The notes: generated from the letters alone by a model not told the origin. 24,000 nucleotides of DNA from Bacillus sp. JCM 19034 (GCF_001310635.1 NZ_BAXR01000003.1:22261-46260); one strand, 5' to 3'. Shown: positions 7,380 through 17,438, numbered from the stretch's first letter. Numbers and translations are program-made.

Positions 7380-8747
7380 ATGATTAAAAAAGTATTAATT
7401 GCTAATAGAGGGGAAATTGCGGTACGAATTATTCGTGCATGCCGCGAAATGAATATTGAAACGGTAGCGGTTTATTCGGAAGCGGATAAAGATTCGTTAC
7501 ATGTCCATTTAGCAGATGAAGCGTATTGCATTGGTCCTACTGCTTCAAATCAGAGCTATTTAAATGTCACAAATATTATGAGTTTGGCAACTTTAACTGA
7601 AGTAGATGCCATCCATCCAGGGTACGGTTTTTTAGCAGAAAATGCTGATTTCGCTGAAATCTGTGCTGCATGTAATATTACATTTATCGGCCCGAGCCCA
7701 AGTGCAATTAGTCAAATGGGAACAAAGGATGTTGCCCGAAAAACAATGGAAAAAGCGGGTGTACCGATTGTTCCTGGTTCAAAAGGAATCGTGGAAACTG
7801 TAGAAGATGGGCTAGAGGTGGCTAATGAAATCGGATTCCCTGTTATTATAAAAGCAACAGCTGGGGGCGGCGGAAAAGGGATACGTGTTGCCCGGACACC
7901 AGAGGAGTTAAAAAAGGGAATGAACATTACCCAACAAGAAGCTGCAACAGCTTTTGGAAACCCAGGCGTTTATATAGAAAAATATATTGAAGATTTTCGC
8001 CATGTTGAAATTCAAGTATTAGCGGATTTACATGGAAATACAATTCACTTAGGTGAACGTGATTGTAGTATTCAACGCCGATTACAAAAGCTTCTAGAAG
8101 AAACACCTTCTCCGGCTATTTCCGAACAGAAAAGACAGGAGATGGGTGAAGCGGCTGTGAATGCTGCTAAGGCAGTTCAGTACGCGGGTGCTGGTACAGT
8201 TGAATTTATTTATGATCATAATAATGGTGATTTCTATTTTATGGAAATGAATACCCGTATCCAAGTAGAACATCCTGTTACAGAAATGGTTACAGGAATT
8301 GATTTAATAAAAGAGCAAATTCGCGTAGCTAGTGGCGAAGAACTTTCCTATAAGCAGGAAGATATTACGTTTTCAGGCTGGTCAATTGAATGCCGTATAA
8401 ACGCTGAAAACCCAGCTAAGAATTTCATGCCAGCACCAGGTCGGATCCAGCAATATTTGGCACCGGGTGGTTTAGGTGTTCGTGTGGATTCCGCTGCTTA
8501 TCCAAATTATATGATAACACCATATTATGATTCGATGATTGCAAAAGTCATTACCCATGGTGCAACTCGAGAAGAAGCAATCGCCAAAATGATTCGTGCT
8601 TTAGAAGAATTTGAAGTAGAAGGACCAGGAGTTGAGACGACCATTCCATTCCATTTACGATTATTGCGTCATGAAACATTTGTTTCAGGCCACTTTAATA
8701 CAAAATTCTTAGAAGAACATGACGTTATGTCGGTTTCACTCGATTAA
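7380..8747 (+). CDS. accC: acetyl-CoA carboxylase biotin carboxylase subunit
   Basis: The 455-aa product starts [20 protein letters not shown] and has ATP-grasp motifs including GGGGKGIRV and [14 protein letters not shown]. Confidence 0.97.
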   Translation: MIKKVLIANRGEIAVRIIRACREMNIETVAVYSEADKDSLHVHLADEAYCIGPTASNQSYLNVTNIMSLATLTEVDAIHPGYGFLAENADFAEICAACNITFIGPSPSAISQMGTKDVARKTMEKAGVPIVPGSKGIVETVEDGLEVANEIGFPVIIKATAGGGGKGIRVARTPEELKKGMNITQQEAATAFGNPGVYIEKYIEDFRHVEIQVLADLHGNTIHLGERDCSIQRRLQKLLEETPSPAISEQKRQEMGEAAVNAAKAVQYAGAGTVEFIYDHNNGDFYFMEMNTRIQVEHPVTEMVTGIDLIKEQIRVASGEELSYKQEDITFSGWSIECRINAENPAKNFMPAPGRIQQYLAPGGLGVRVDSAAYPNYMITPYYDSMIAKVITHGATREEAIAKMIRALEEFEVEGPGVETTIPFHLRLLRHETFVSGHFNTKFLEEHDVMSVSLD

Positions 8748-8769
8748 ATACTAAGTAGGAGGGAAGACT

Positions 8770-9168
8770 ATGAACGAAAACAATGGTTTAGAGTTGGAAG
8801 AGCAAAAATCAGAGCTTGGGAAAGTAGAAATTTCTCCAGAAGTTATTGAAGTGATTGCGGGGATTGCTGCCTCAGAAGTTGATGGTGTGGCGACAATGCG
8901 CGGGAATTTTGCTACAGATGTTGCCGAGAAGCTTGGACGAAAGAACCACGGAAAAGGGGTTAAAGTCGAGCTTGAGGAAGATGGTATTATTATTGATGTA
9001 TCAGTAGTGATAACTTACGGGGTAAGCGTTCCTAATGTAGCTAACTTGATTCAATCGAACATTAAGCAAGCATTACAAACGATGACTGCAATTGACGTTC
9101 AAGCAATAAATGTTCACGTTGTTGGCGTTCAATTTGAGACCATTGAACAAAATCCAGAGGAAGTGTAA
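8770..9168 (+). CDS. yqhY: Asp23/Gls24 family envelope stress protein (YqhY-like)
   Basis: The 132-aa product contains ISPEVIEVIAGIAASEVDGVA, typical of Asp23 family proteins. Its position after accC matches B. subtilis yqhY. Confidence 0.85.
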   Translation: MNENNGLELEEQKSELGKVEISPEVIEVIAGIAASEVDGVATMRGNFATDVAEKLGRKNHGKGVKVELEEDGIIIDVSVVITYGVSVPNVANLIQSNIKQALQTMTAIDVQAINVHVVGVQFETIEQNPEEV

Positions 9169-9178
9169 TCATAGAGTT

Positions 9179-9216
9179 GGAGACAGCCTTGGGGGAACCT
9201 TAGGCTGTCTTCTTTT
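9179..9216 (+). terminator. rho-independent terminator after yqhY
   Basis: AGACAGCCT (9181-9189) pairs with AGGCTGTCT (9202-9210), followed by TCTTTT. Confidence 0.75.
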
Positions 9217-9590
9217 ATCAGTTGGTCACTCTGTGAGTACATTTTAGTTCCTTAATGCCGGGAGTTTTCCTTCCAAATGACTTAGGGGAATAAAATAAAA
9301 AAAGTACAGAATATTAAAGGAGGAGAAATGAAAAGCCTGAAATGAAGTTAATATATTTTACTATTCAATATTTGGTAGGTGTGTTAGTGAAAAATAATCA
9401 ACGATCCAACTAATGTCTTACTATAAGCAAATTAGTGATTATAAACATTACCTTGAGAATTACTGGTCTCCTAAAATGCATCGGACCAATAAACAAATTA
9501 GTCAAGATACTTTTAGTAAGGGAATACTTTTTTACGATTAACTGAAATAATGCTTTTATAAATGTTAATGCACGTAAAAGGCGTTGTTCT

Positions 9591-9618
9591 TTGAAAAGAA
9601 AACATGGTATGCTATCAA
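9591..9618 (+). promoter_or_regulatory. putative sigma-A promoter for the nusB-folD-xseAB-ispA unit
   Basis: TTGAAA (9591-9596), a 16-nt spacer, then TGcTATCAA (9610-9618). Confidence 0.3.
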
Positions 9619-9657
9619 CATAACAAATGCAAGTTAACGGTAAAAGGAGTCAAACGA

Positions 9658-10059
9658 ATGAATCGAAGAGTAGCGAGGTTACGAGCTGCGCAGGCTTTGT
9701 ACCAAATGGATCTAGCAAAAAGTGATAAGGAACAGGCAATCGAAAGTGTCTTAGATGAGGGAGAAGAAGCTAGTGAGTTTTTCTTAGAGCTAGTTAATGG
9801 GACGAGTAATTATTTACCTGAAATTGATGAAATCATCACACACAGTTTACAAGGCTGGACAATTAGTCGAATGGGACTTGTTGATCGTGCAATTGTGAGA
9901 ATGATGGTATTTGAAATGAAATACATAGATGATATTCCTGTCAATGTCACATTAAATGAGGCGATTGAGCTTGCAAAAGCGTTTGGCGGTGAAGAATCAG
10001 GGAAATTTGTGAATGGTGTGCTATCTAAAGCACTTGAAACAATTAAGGGGGAAGAGTAA
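9658..10059 (+). CDS. nusB: transcription antitermination factor NusB
   Basis: ATG 9658 follows AAAAGGAG (9641-9648). The sequence MNRRVARLRAAQALYQMD...IPVNVTLNEAIELAKAFGGEESGKFVNGVLS is collinear with B. subtilis NusB. The upstream extension to 9604 lacks an SD. Confidence 0.95.
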   Translation: MNRRVARLRAAQALYQMDLAKSDKEQAIESVLDEGEEASEFFLELVNGTSNYLPEIDEIITHSLQGWTISRMGLVDRAIVRMMVFEMKYIDDIPVNVTLNEAIELAKAFGGEESGKFVNGVLSKALETIKGEE

Positions 10060-10904
10060 TGAGTGCACAATTATTAAATGGAAAAGAGCTGGCTTCAAAA
10101 AAAAGAGAGCAGATGAAAGAAAAGGTTCAAAAATTAATTTCTCAGGACATTACGCCTGGACTTGCTGTTATATTAATTGGGGAAAATCCGGCTTCACAAA
10201 CCTACGTTCGAGCAAAGCAAAAGGCTTGTGCTGATGTTGGTATTTATTCGAAATTAATTGAACGTTCGGATCGTATTTCTGAAGAAGAACTGTTAAATGA
10301 AATTGATCTATTGAATCAAGACCCAGCGATTGATGGTATATTAGTACAATTACCTTTACCGTCTCACATTTCTGAACAAGCAGTTATTGAGCGAATTGCA
10401 CCTGAAAAAGATGTTGATGGTTTTCATCCGATTAATATTGGAAAAATGATGACGGGTGAAGATACTTTCTTACCGTGTACACCTTATGGCGTTGTCGAAA
10501 TGCTTAAAGAAGCTGAGCTTCCGTTAGAAGGAAAACATGTTGTTGTCGTTGGCCGTAGTAATATTGTCGGAAAGCCAGTAGGTCAATTGCTGTTAAATGA
10601 AAATGCAACGGTTACTTATTGCCATTCACGTACAAGGGATATGAGAGCTTTAACAACTCAGGCAGATATCTTAATTGTTGCAGTAGGGCGTCCAAAATTT
10701 ATTAAAGCAGATGACGTGAAAGAAGGATCCGTAGTTGTTGATGTCGGGATTAACCGTGTTGATGGGAAGCTTTGTGGAGATGTAGACTTTGATGAAGTGA
10801 AGGAGAAAGCATCTTATATTACACCAGTACCTGGCGGTGTTGGACCGATGACGATTACGATGCTTTTAGAAAATACGATACAATCCGCACAACAACGGAA
10901 ATAG
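10059..10904 (+). CDS. folD: bifunctional methylenetetrahydrofolate dehydrogenase/cyclohydrolase
   Basis: ATG 10059 overlaps the nusB stop (TAATG). Motifs: GENPASQTYVR, DGILVQLPLP, VVVGRSNIVGKP, PVPGGVGPMT. Confidence 0.95.
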   Translation: MSAQLLNGKELASKKREQMKEKVQKLISQDITPGLAVILIGENPASQTYVRAKQKACADVGIYSKLIERSDRISEEELLNEIDLLNQDPAIDGILVQLPLPSHISEQAVIERIAPEKDVDGFHPINIGKMMTGEDTFLPCTPYGVVEMLKEAELPLEGKHVVVVGRSNIVGKPVGQLLLNENATVTYCHSRTRDMRALTTQADILIVAVGRPKFIKADDVKEGSVVVDVGINRVDGKLCGDVDFDEVKEKASYITPVPGGVGPMTITMLLENTIQSAQQRK

Positions 10905-10912
10905 GTGATCAG

Positions 10913-12268
10913 ATGTCCGCTAAATCGATATTTACGATTACGGAGTTAACTCGATATATTAAAAATCAATTTGAGTATGACCCTATTTTACAAAACGTTT
11001 GGATAAGAGGAGAGCTTTCAAATGTCAAGCGCCATAGTCGGGGACATATTTATTTTACTGTGAAGGATGAAAACTCACGTGTTCAAGCGGTCATGTTTGC
11101 TGGTCATAACCGTTATTTAACGTTTGATCCTGAAAGCGGAATGAAAGTTTTAATCCGTGGAGAAATGAATGTCTATGAGCCTTATGGTCAATATCAGCTT
11201 TATGCAAAAGAAATGCAGCCTGATGGAATCGGGAACTTATTTCTTGCATATGAAAAGCTGAAGCAAACGCTTGAAAAAGAAGGGTTGTTTGCAGAGGAAA
11301 GAAAGAAGCCTATACCACGTTTTCCTGAGCGAATTGCTGTCATTACGTCACCAACAGGAGCTGCAATACGTGATATTGTGACAACGATAAAGCGTCGGTA
11401 CCCAGTTGCCCAAATAACGCTACTCCCTGCACTCGTCCAAGGAGAACAAGCACCAGCGTCTATTCAGAAGGCGATTCAGCGTGTTGAAATTGCAGCCTGC
11501 TTCGATGTATTAATTATTGGGCGTGGTGGTGGATCTATAGAAGAGCTTTGGGCTTTTAATGATGAAAGTGTAGCAAGAACAATTGCTGCTGCTCGTGTTC
11601 CTATCATTTCAGCTGTCGGCCATGAGACAGATTTTACGATTAGTGACTTTGTAGCAGATTTACGTGCACCAACTCCGACAGGTGCAGCCGAATTAGCTGT
11701 ACCTGATATTCTAGAGTTAAAACGGCAATTAAACGATTTGACATTACGGCTTAACAGAAGAGTTAATGAAGTGATTTCCCGGGAAAAAGAGCGTCATCGG
11801 AGAGCTTCAAGGTCGTATGCGTTCCGTTATCCTGAGCAATTACTCAAACAAAAGGAGCAACAGTTGGATGTGACATTAGATCGTTTAAAACGAGCAATGG
11901 AAAATCGCCTCGTTCAGCCAGTACATATACTACAAAGGCTTGATCAGCAATTAGTATCTGTACACCCACAACATCAATGGAAACAAGTAAAGGAACAACA
12001 ACAAAGGCTAAAAGATCGATTAAAAGTCTCGATGCTAGAACAGCTTAAACGTAAGCAGATTCCTTTTGAACAGAAAATGAATGAATTAAAGCTTTTAAGT
12101 CCCCTACGATTAATGGAACGTGGTTATAATCTGACTTATGATGAGAATAATAAGTTAGTTAAATCTGTGAAAAATGTAAAGAGGGGTTCACAAATAACGG
12201 TCAGATTAAAAGATGGGTTTGTTCACAGCAATGTCGAAAAGGTAAGTTCGTTTATGGAGGAGGAATAA
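10913..12268 (+). CDS. xseA: exodeoxyribonuclease VII large subunit
   Basis: The 451-aa product has an OB-fold N-terminus ([25 protein letters not shown]) and the catalytic core [15 protein letters not shown]. Confidence 0.95.
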   Translation: MSAKSIFTITELTRYIKNQFEYDPILQNVWIRGELSNVKRHSRGHIYFTVKDENSRVQAVMFAGHNRYLTFDPESGMKVLIRGEMNVYEPYGQYQLYAKEMQPDGIGNLFLAYEKLKQTLEKEGLFAEERKKPIPRFPERIAVITSPTGAAIRDIVTTIKRRYPVAQITLLPALVQGEQAPASIQKAIQRVEIAACFDVLIIGRGGGSIEELWAFNDESVARTIAAARVPIISAVGHETDFTISDFVADLRAPTPTGAAELAVPDILELKRQLNDLTLRLNRRVNEVISREKERHRRASRSYAFRYPEQLLKQKEQQLDVTLDRLKRAMENRLVQPVHILQRLDQQLVSVHPQHQWKQVKEQQQRLKDRLKVSMLEQLKRKQIPFEQKMNELKLLSPLRLMERGYNLTYDENNKLVKSVKNVKRGSQITVRLKDGFVHSNVEKVSSFMEEE

Positions 12269-12272
12269 AGCT

Positions 12273-12512
12273 ATGATAGAACAGAAGGAAAAATCATTTG
12301 AAGAAGCGATGTCAGAACTAGAAAAAGTGGTTGATAAGCTCGAACAAGGTGATGTACCTCTTGAGGAAGCGATCTCGATGTTCCAGGAAGGAATGCTATT
12401 GTCGAAGCTATGCCATGAAAAACTTGAAAAGGTCGAGAAACAAATGGATCAAATTTTGCACGAGGATGGCGAAGTAGAAATCTTGAGCTTCCAGGAGGAA
12501 GAATCATCGTGA
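12273..12512 (+). CDS. xseB: exodeoxyribonuclease VII small subunit
   Basis: The 79-aa product contains [33 protein letters not shown], typical of XseB. It lies directly after xseA. Confidence 0.9.
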   Translation: MIEQKEKSFEEAMSELEKVVDKLEQGDVPLEEAISMFQEGMLLSKLCHEKLEKVEKQMDQILHEDGEVEILSFQEEESS

Positions 12513-13393
12513 AGGAGCTTACTACCTTTTTAAAGTGCAGTAAACAACTTATAGAAAAACGACTTCCCGAGCATATAAATGCGATACAGGCACCTGAACA
12601 ATTAAAAGAAGCAATGCTATATTCTTTAAATGCAGGAGGGAAGAGAATTCGTCCTGCATTTGTATTTGCAACTTTACAAAGCTTTGGCGTTTCAATGGAG
12701 AAAGGTCTTGATGTAGCTTGTGCATTGGAGATGATTCATACATATTCGCTTGTACATGATGATTTGCCTGCAATGGACGATGATGATTTGCGAAGAGGGA
12801 AACCTACAAATCATAAAGTGTTTGGTGAAGCATTGGCAATATTAGCTGGAGATGCATTGCTAACGTATAGCTTTGAGGTTATTGCTAATTTAGATGCAGC
12901 TGTTTCCACTACTCAGAAAGTAGAGCTAATTCGTGAAATTTCACAAGCTGCCGGCCCAGCAGGTATGGTTGGCGGTCAGGTAGCTGATATGGCAGGTGAG
13001 GATCAGCAACTTACATTAGATGAACTCATCTTTATCCATCAACATAAAACAGGTGATTTATTAACAGCATCTGTTATGTCTGGAGCCATTTTATCTGGAG
13101 CAAATGTAGATGAAATGAAGCAATTGCGGAACTTCTCCAGGGAGCTTGGGCTGATCTTCCAAATTAAAGATGATATTCTAGATGTTGAAGGTGATACGGT
13201 ATTAATTGGAAAGCCTGTTGGGAGTGATCAAAACAACAATAAAAGTACATATCCCAATTTACTAGGATTAGATGCAGCAAAACAAAAACTTTCTGAGCAT
13301 ATCAAGTTAGCAAAGGAATATATATACGATATCGAGATAGATTCTAAGCTGTTAGTGGATTTAACTGAATATGTAGCAAATCGTGACCACTAA
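12509..13393 (+). CDS. ispA: farnesyl diphosphate synthase (polyprenyl synthetase family)
   Basis: GTG 12509 overlaps the xseB stop (GTGA). The first Asp-rich motif is [18 protein letters not shown] and the second is FQIKDDILD. The C-terminus ANRDH matches B. subtilis YqiD/IspA. Confidence 0.9.
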   Translation: MKELTTFLKCSKQLIEKRLPEHINAIQAPEQLKEAMLYSLNAGGKRIRPAFVFATLQSFGVSMEKGLDVACALEMIHTYSLVHDDLPAMDDDDLRRGKPTNHKVFGEALAILAGDALLTYSFEVIANLDAAVSTTQKVELIREISQAAGPAGMVGGQVADMAGEDQQLTLDELIFIHQHKTGDLLTASVMSGAILSGANVDEMKQLRNFSRELGLIFQIKDDILDVEGDTVLIGKPVGSDQNNNKSTYPNLLGLDAAKQKLSEHIKLAKEYIYDIEIDSKLLVDLTEYVANRDH

Positions 13394-13408
13394 GTCCACC
13401 TATTACCA

Positions 13409-13438
13409 TTGAGATTTTCATAGACAGCGTGATATAAT
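13409..13438 (+). promoter_or_regulatory. strong sigma-A-type promoter (extended -10) driving the OLE RNA region
   Basis: TTGAGA (13409-13414), an 18-nt spacer, then TGaTATAAT (13430-13438). The predicted start is near 13445. Confidence 0.55.
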
Positions 13439-13444
13439 GGTCTA

Positions 13445-14045
13445 ACACGAGAGTGGTGCAGTATTCTAGTCAGTCCTCCAATTTTGAAGGCGGGCCTAAA
13501 AATCCGCCAAAGGGCACATCGATGAAGCTCCTTGTTTTGGCTTGAGGCGCCAGCCTTGGGTTTAAGCTGGGAGAAAAGGTAAAAGGGCGATCCACAAAGG
13601 CATGTGGGCGTTGACCCTTTTACTGTGGAGGCCTAAATATCCGTTCAATATTATATTGAGTAAGGAATTTGGGTATGAACCTGTAAGGCAAGTAGGGACT
13701 TGTCTGCAGCGTAGCCTGCCTTGAGTGGAGAACGAGGGGATTATAGAACAAGAAATATTTTGATTGTCGGCCAACAATCAAATATTTTACCTATATGAAA
13801 TCGTCTCTGCAAAAGAGGATAAAAGATTGGCACGGGATTGCTGAGGAAAACTCCTAGACTGTTCGAACGACATTTAAAGAGGATTGCAGTGTAGACTAAG
13901 TGGTAATCCAGTCTGGCGACTGGCGACAGCGCCAATCTCAGTTTAAAGGGAAACCACCAGTGCGGCGACGCATTGGAACTGAGATGGGAAATCCTACTGG
14001 ACCTAAGCTACAGAGTTTACTCTTTAAATGACCACTCTCTTACAT
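13445..14045 (+). ncRNA. ole: OLE (ornate, large, extremophilic) RNA; boundaries approximate
   Basis: This ~600-nt stretch has no ORF with an SD. It is G+C-rich relative to other spacers here and lies between ispA and a 4-TM protein gene followed by dxs, which is the published OLE context. It contains many local helices: 13579-13587/13615-13623 (9 bp), 13592-13596/13603-13607, 13685-13690/13717-13722, 13760-13767/13774-13781 (8 bp) and 13935-13943/13977-13985 (9 bp). I could not run a covariance model. Confidence 0.75.
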
Positions 14046-14076
14046 AAAATCCCTTAAAAAGGTGACGACTAAATAA

Positions 14077-14685
14077 ATGAAACATATTCAAAAATCGATA
14101 CATTGGAGTATTTGGATTGCCGTTATCACATTGGTGCTAGCGGCTATTTTTTCAGTTATTTCAACGTTCATATTAAGCGGTGTAACGTGGGCTATTGGAA
14201 CTATTATTGTGTTTATGATTGTTGTTATAGGTGTCTTCTTTGATACAATAGGTGTAGCAGCTACGGCTGCAGATGAAAAACCATTTCATGCAATGGCATC
14301 TGAACGATTAAAAGGTGCGAAACAGGCTGTTCAAATAACACGGAATGCCGATCGTTTCGCTAATTTTTGTAACGATGTCATTGGAGATATTTCCGGTATT
14401 ATTAGTGGTACCGCATCTGCCTATGTAGTTCTTCAGATAGCTATGCGTATAGGATACGGAGATACATCTGTACAATACTTAGCGATTTCTGTATTATTTA
14501 CTAGTGTGGTGGCAGCACTTACAGTTGGTGGAAAGGCGATCGGAAAAACACTTGCTATACATTATTCGACGCCGATTATTTTCCAGGTTGGTAGATTATT
14601 ATATCTTTTAGAGGTAAGATTAAAGATTAAAGTATTCTCTACTAATAATGGGAAAAAGAAAAAAGATAAATTGACGCGAAAGTGA
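14077..14685 (+). CDS. oapA: OLE-associated protein A (OapA)-like integral membrane protein
   Basis: The 202-aa product has four hydrophobic segments (approximately residues 10-33, 38-62, 105-123, 135-152) and a lysine-rich tail [13 protein letters not shown]. It lies immediately downstream of the OLE-like region and upstream of dxs, as described for oapA. Confidence 0.7.
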   Translation: MKHIQKSIHWSIWIAVITLVLAAIFSVISTFILSGVTWAIGTIIVFMIVVIGVFFDTIGVAATAADEKPFHAMASERLKGAKQAVQITRNADRFANFCNDVIGDISGIISGTASAYVVLQIAMRIGYGDTSVQYLAISVLFTSVVAALTVGGKAIGKTLAIHYSTPIIFQVGRLLYLLEVRLKIKVFSTNNGKKKKDKLTRK

Positions 14686-14695
14686 GGGTTCCTTT

Positions 14696-16582
14696 ATGAA
14701 TCTAGAGGAATTTACAGACCCAAGCGAATTAAAGCATTATTCTAATGAACAGCTTAAGCAACTAGCGAATGAAATTAGACAATTTTTAATTGAAAAACTA
14801 TCCGTAACAGGTGGTCATTTAGGACCCAATTTAGGTGTAGTTGAATTAACACTTGTATTGCATCAGTTATTTGAAAGTCCAAAAGATAAATTTATTTGGG
14901 ATGTTGGGCATCAAGCGTATGTTCATAAAATTTTGACGGGAAGGGCAGGTCAATTTGACCAACTTCGTCAATATAAAGGTTTGTGTGGTTTTCCAAAGCG
15001 TAATGAGAGTGAGCATGATGTTTGGGAAACAGGTCATAGTTCTACATCGCTATCTGCAGCTATGGGAATGGCGACTGCTCGTGACTTAAAGGGTAGTGAT
15101 GAATCCGTTGTTGCTATTATTGGAGATGGTGCCCTAACGGGTGGTATGGCTCTAGAAGCATTAAATCATATTGGTCACGAGCAAACAGACATCATTGTTG
15201 TCCTCAATGATAATGAAATGTCGATTGCTCCTAATGTTGGTGCTCTTCATAATGTTCTTGGGCGTCTTCGTACGGCAGGGAAGTATAAAAAGGCGAAAGA
15301 GGAGCTAGAGCAATTAATTAAAAAAATACCGGCGTTTGGTGGTAAAATAGCTGCAACAGCAGAGCGTGTGAAGGATAGTTTAAAATATTTATTAGTATCA
15401 GGAATATTCTTTGAAGAATTAGGCTTTACGTATTTAGGTCCTGTTGATGGACATGATTTAGACGATTTGGCTGAAAATATGAAATACGCGAAAAAAACAA
15501 AGGGGCCAGTGCTGGTTCATGTACTTACGAAAAAAGGAAAAGGCTACAAGCCGGCTGAATTAGATGCAAAAGGGACTTGGCATGGGTTAGGTCCGTATAA
15601 AATGGAATCTGGTGAAGTTGTTAAAAAGCCAGGTCCACCTAGCTATAGTGGCGTTTTCGCTGAAACGTTGAAAAAGATTGCACGAGATGATAAGCGAATT
15701 GTCGCCTTGACAGCTGCAATGCCTGGTGGGACGAAATTGGATGTTTTTGCGAAGGAATTTCCAGATCGGATGTTTGATGTTGGAATTGCTGAGCAGCACG
15801 CAACAACGATGGCGGGCGGTTTAGCTACACAAGGGATGAAACCAGTCTTTGCTGTCTATTCAACGTTCCTGCAACGTGGGTATGATCAAGTTGTACATGA
15901 TATTTGCCGACAAAATTTAAACGTTATGTTTGCAATTGATCGTGCTGGTTTAGTAGGAGCAGATGGTGAAACGCATCAAGGCGTGTTTGATATAGCATTT
16001 TTACGTCATTTGCCGAATATGAGAATTTTAATGCCGAAAGATGAGAATGAACTTCAGCATATGATTTATACAGCAATACAATACGACGATGGACCGATTG
16101 CTGTTCGTTATCCGCGTGGAAATGGTTATGGCGTGAAAATGGACAAGCAACTTAAAAACGTGCCGATAGGTAAGTGGGAAGTTCTAAACGAAGGTTCAGA
16201 TGCTTGTATTTTGACATTTGGTACGATGATTCCTGTTGCGGAGGAAGCGATCAAAACGTTAGAAAAGCAAGGTGTATATGTTAAGTTAGTAAACGCTAAC
16301 TCCGTTAAACCGCTTGATGAAGCATTGTTACATGAAATAGCAAAGCAAAATATTCCTGTACTTACGATTGAAGAAGCAGCATTACAAGGTGGTTTTGGTA
16401 GTGCGGTGCTTGAGTTTTTCCAAGAAAATCAATATATGGTAACGATGAAGCGTATGGGAATTCCTGATGAATTTATTGAGCATGGTAGTGTAAAGGAACT
16501 ACTTGAAGAAGTAGGATTAACTTCAGCTAATGTAGTCGATCAGCTGGATACTTTATTGCCAAAGCGTAGACAAAGGGCGTAA
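14696..16582 (+). CDS. dxs: 1-deoxy-D-xylulose-5-phosphate synthase
   Basis: The 628-aa product contains [14 protein letters not shown], the ThDP motif [15 protein letters not shown] and [15 protein letters not shown]. It is collinear with B. subtilis Dxs. Confidence 0.97.
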   Translation: MNLEEFTDPSELKHYSNEQLKQLANEIRQFLIEKLSVTGGHLGPNLGVVELTLVLHQLFESPKDKFIWDVGHQAYVHKILTGRAGQFDQLRQYKGLCGFPKRNESEHDVWETGHSSTSLSAAMGMATARDLKGSDESVVAIIGDGALTGGMALEALNHIGHEQTDIIVVLNDNEMSIAPNVGALHNVLGRLRTAGKYKKAKEELEQLIKKIPAFGGKIAATAERVKDSLKYLLVSGIFFEELGFTYLGPVDGHDLDDLAENMKYAKKTKGPVLVHVLTKKGKGYKPAELDAKGTWHGLGPYKMESGEVVKKPGPPSYSGVFAETLKKIARDDKRIVALTAAMPGGTKLDVFAKEFPDRMFDVGIAEQHATTMAGGLATQGMKPVFAVYSTFLQRGYDQVVHDICRQNLNVMFAIDRAGLVGADGETHQGVFDIAFLRHLPNMRILMPKDENELQHMIYTAIQYDDGPIAVRYPRGNGYGVKMDKQLKNVPIGKWEVLNEGSDACILTFGTMIPVAEEAIKTLEKQGVYVKLVNANSVKPLDEALLHEIAKQNIPVLTIEEAALQGGFGSAVLEFFQENQYMVTMKRMGIPDEFIEHGSVKELLEEVGLTSANVVDQLDTLLPKRRQRA

Positions 16583-16586
16583 TATA

Positions 16587-17411
16587 ATGGCTAAGAAAGA
16601 AAGAGTTGATGTATTACTAGTTGAACGTGGTTTAGTTGAAACGAGAGAAAAGGCGAAGCGAGCAATTATGGCTGGCCTCGTTTTTTCTGGTACTGAACGA
16701 CTCGATAAACCAGGTTTAAAAGTTGAGCAAACAACACCATTACTAGTAAAAGGAAATGTTATTCCATACGTTAGCCGTGGTGGGTTGAAATTAGAGAAGG
16801 CTCTTCACGTTTTTTCAATCACACTTCAAGATAAGCTCGTCATTGATATTGGTGCATCTACTGGCGGCTTTACCGATTGTGCTTTGCAAAATGGTGCTAA
16901 AAAGGTTTATGCGATTGATGTCGGTTATAATCAACTCGCTTGGAAACTGAGACAGGATGAGCGTGTGATCGTAATGGAGAGAACAAACTTCCGTTATGTT
17001 AATCGAACTGATTTACAAGAGGGGTTACCAAACTTTGCTTGTATGGACGTTTCATTTATTTCACTTCGCTTAATCCTTCCTGTATTAAAGCAATTGTTGC
17101 AACCTTCGAGCGATGTTATTGCGTTAATTAAGCCACAGTTTGAAGCAGGCCGTGAGCAGGTTGGGAAGAAAGGAATTGTACGAGATCCTAACGTACACCG
17201 AACTGTTATTGAACAAATGACGACGTTTGCTGTAGAAGTGGGGTATTCAGTATTAGGACTGGACTATTCGCCGATCAAAGGTGGAGAAGGGAATATTGAG
17301 TTTTTACTACATTTACAAGTGCAAGAGGAAGCGAGTAAAGCGAAGATTAGTCAAGCTGTATCGATTGAGACGGTTGTAGAACGGGCTCATAATCAGTTAA
17401 AATCGGTTTAG
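16587..17411 (+). CDS. yqxC: TlyA family rRNA 2'-O-methyltransferase (YqxC)
   Basis: The 274-aa product has an N-terminal S4-like segment (RVDVLLVERGLVETREKAKRAIMAG) and a SAM-binding motif DIGASTGGFTD. Its position after dxs matches B. subtilis. Confidence 0.9.
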   Translation: MAKKERVDVLLVERGLVETREKAKRAIMAGLVFSGTERLDKPGLKVEQTTPLLVKGNVIPYVSRGGLKLEKALHVFSITLQDKLVIDIGASTGGFTDCALQNGAKKVYAIDVGYNQLAWKLRQDERVIVMERTNFRYVNRTDLQEGLPNFACMDVSFISLRLILPVLKQLLQPSSDVIALIKPQFEAGREQVGKKGIVRDPNVHRTVIEQMTTFAVEVGYSVLGLDYSPIKGGEGNIEFLLHLQVQEEASKAKISQAVSIETVVERAHNQLKSV

Positions 17412-17438
17412 AAGAGGTGCTATGGCACTTCTTTTTTT
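17412..17438 (+). terminator. rho-independent terminator after yqxC
   Basis: AAGAGGTGC (17412-17420) pairs with GCACTTCTT (17425-17433), with one G.U pair. A T-run extends to 17438. Confidence 0.7.

Noticed and set aside
9328-9345. Five-codon ORF (MKSLK) with a strong SD as a leader peptide or attenuator for nusB
   Set aside because: No alternative terminator/antiterminator structure follows, and nusB is more than 300 nt away with its own candidate promoter. It is more likely the head of a broken small gene (see findings).
9810-10234. ORFs 9810-10070 (minus strand) and 10013-10234 (+ strand)
   Set aside because: They overlap nusB and folD in alternative frames. Neither has an SD or a recognisable product.
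12271-12773. Minus-strand ORFs 12271-12507 and 12549-12773
   Set aside because: They are antisense shadows of xseB and ispA with no independent support.
13562-13935. Two overlapping minus-strand ORFs (71 and 64 codons) inside the ispA-oapA spacer
   Set aside because: Neither has a ribosome-binding site and neither resembles a recognisable protein. The region is better explained as a + strand structured RNA (OLE) with its own promoter.
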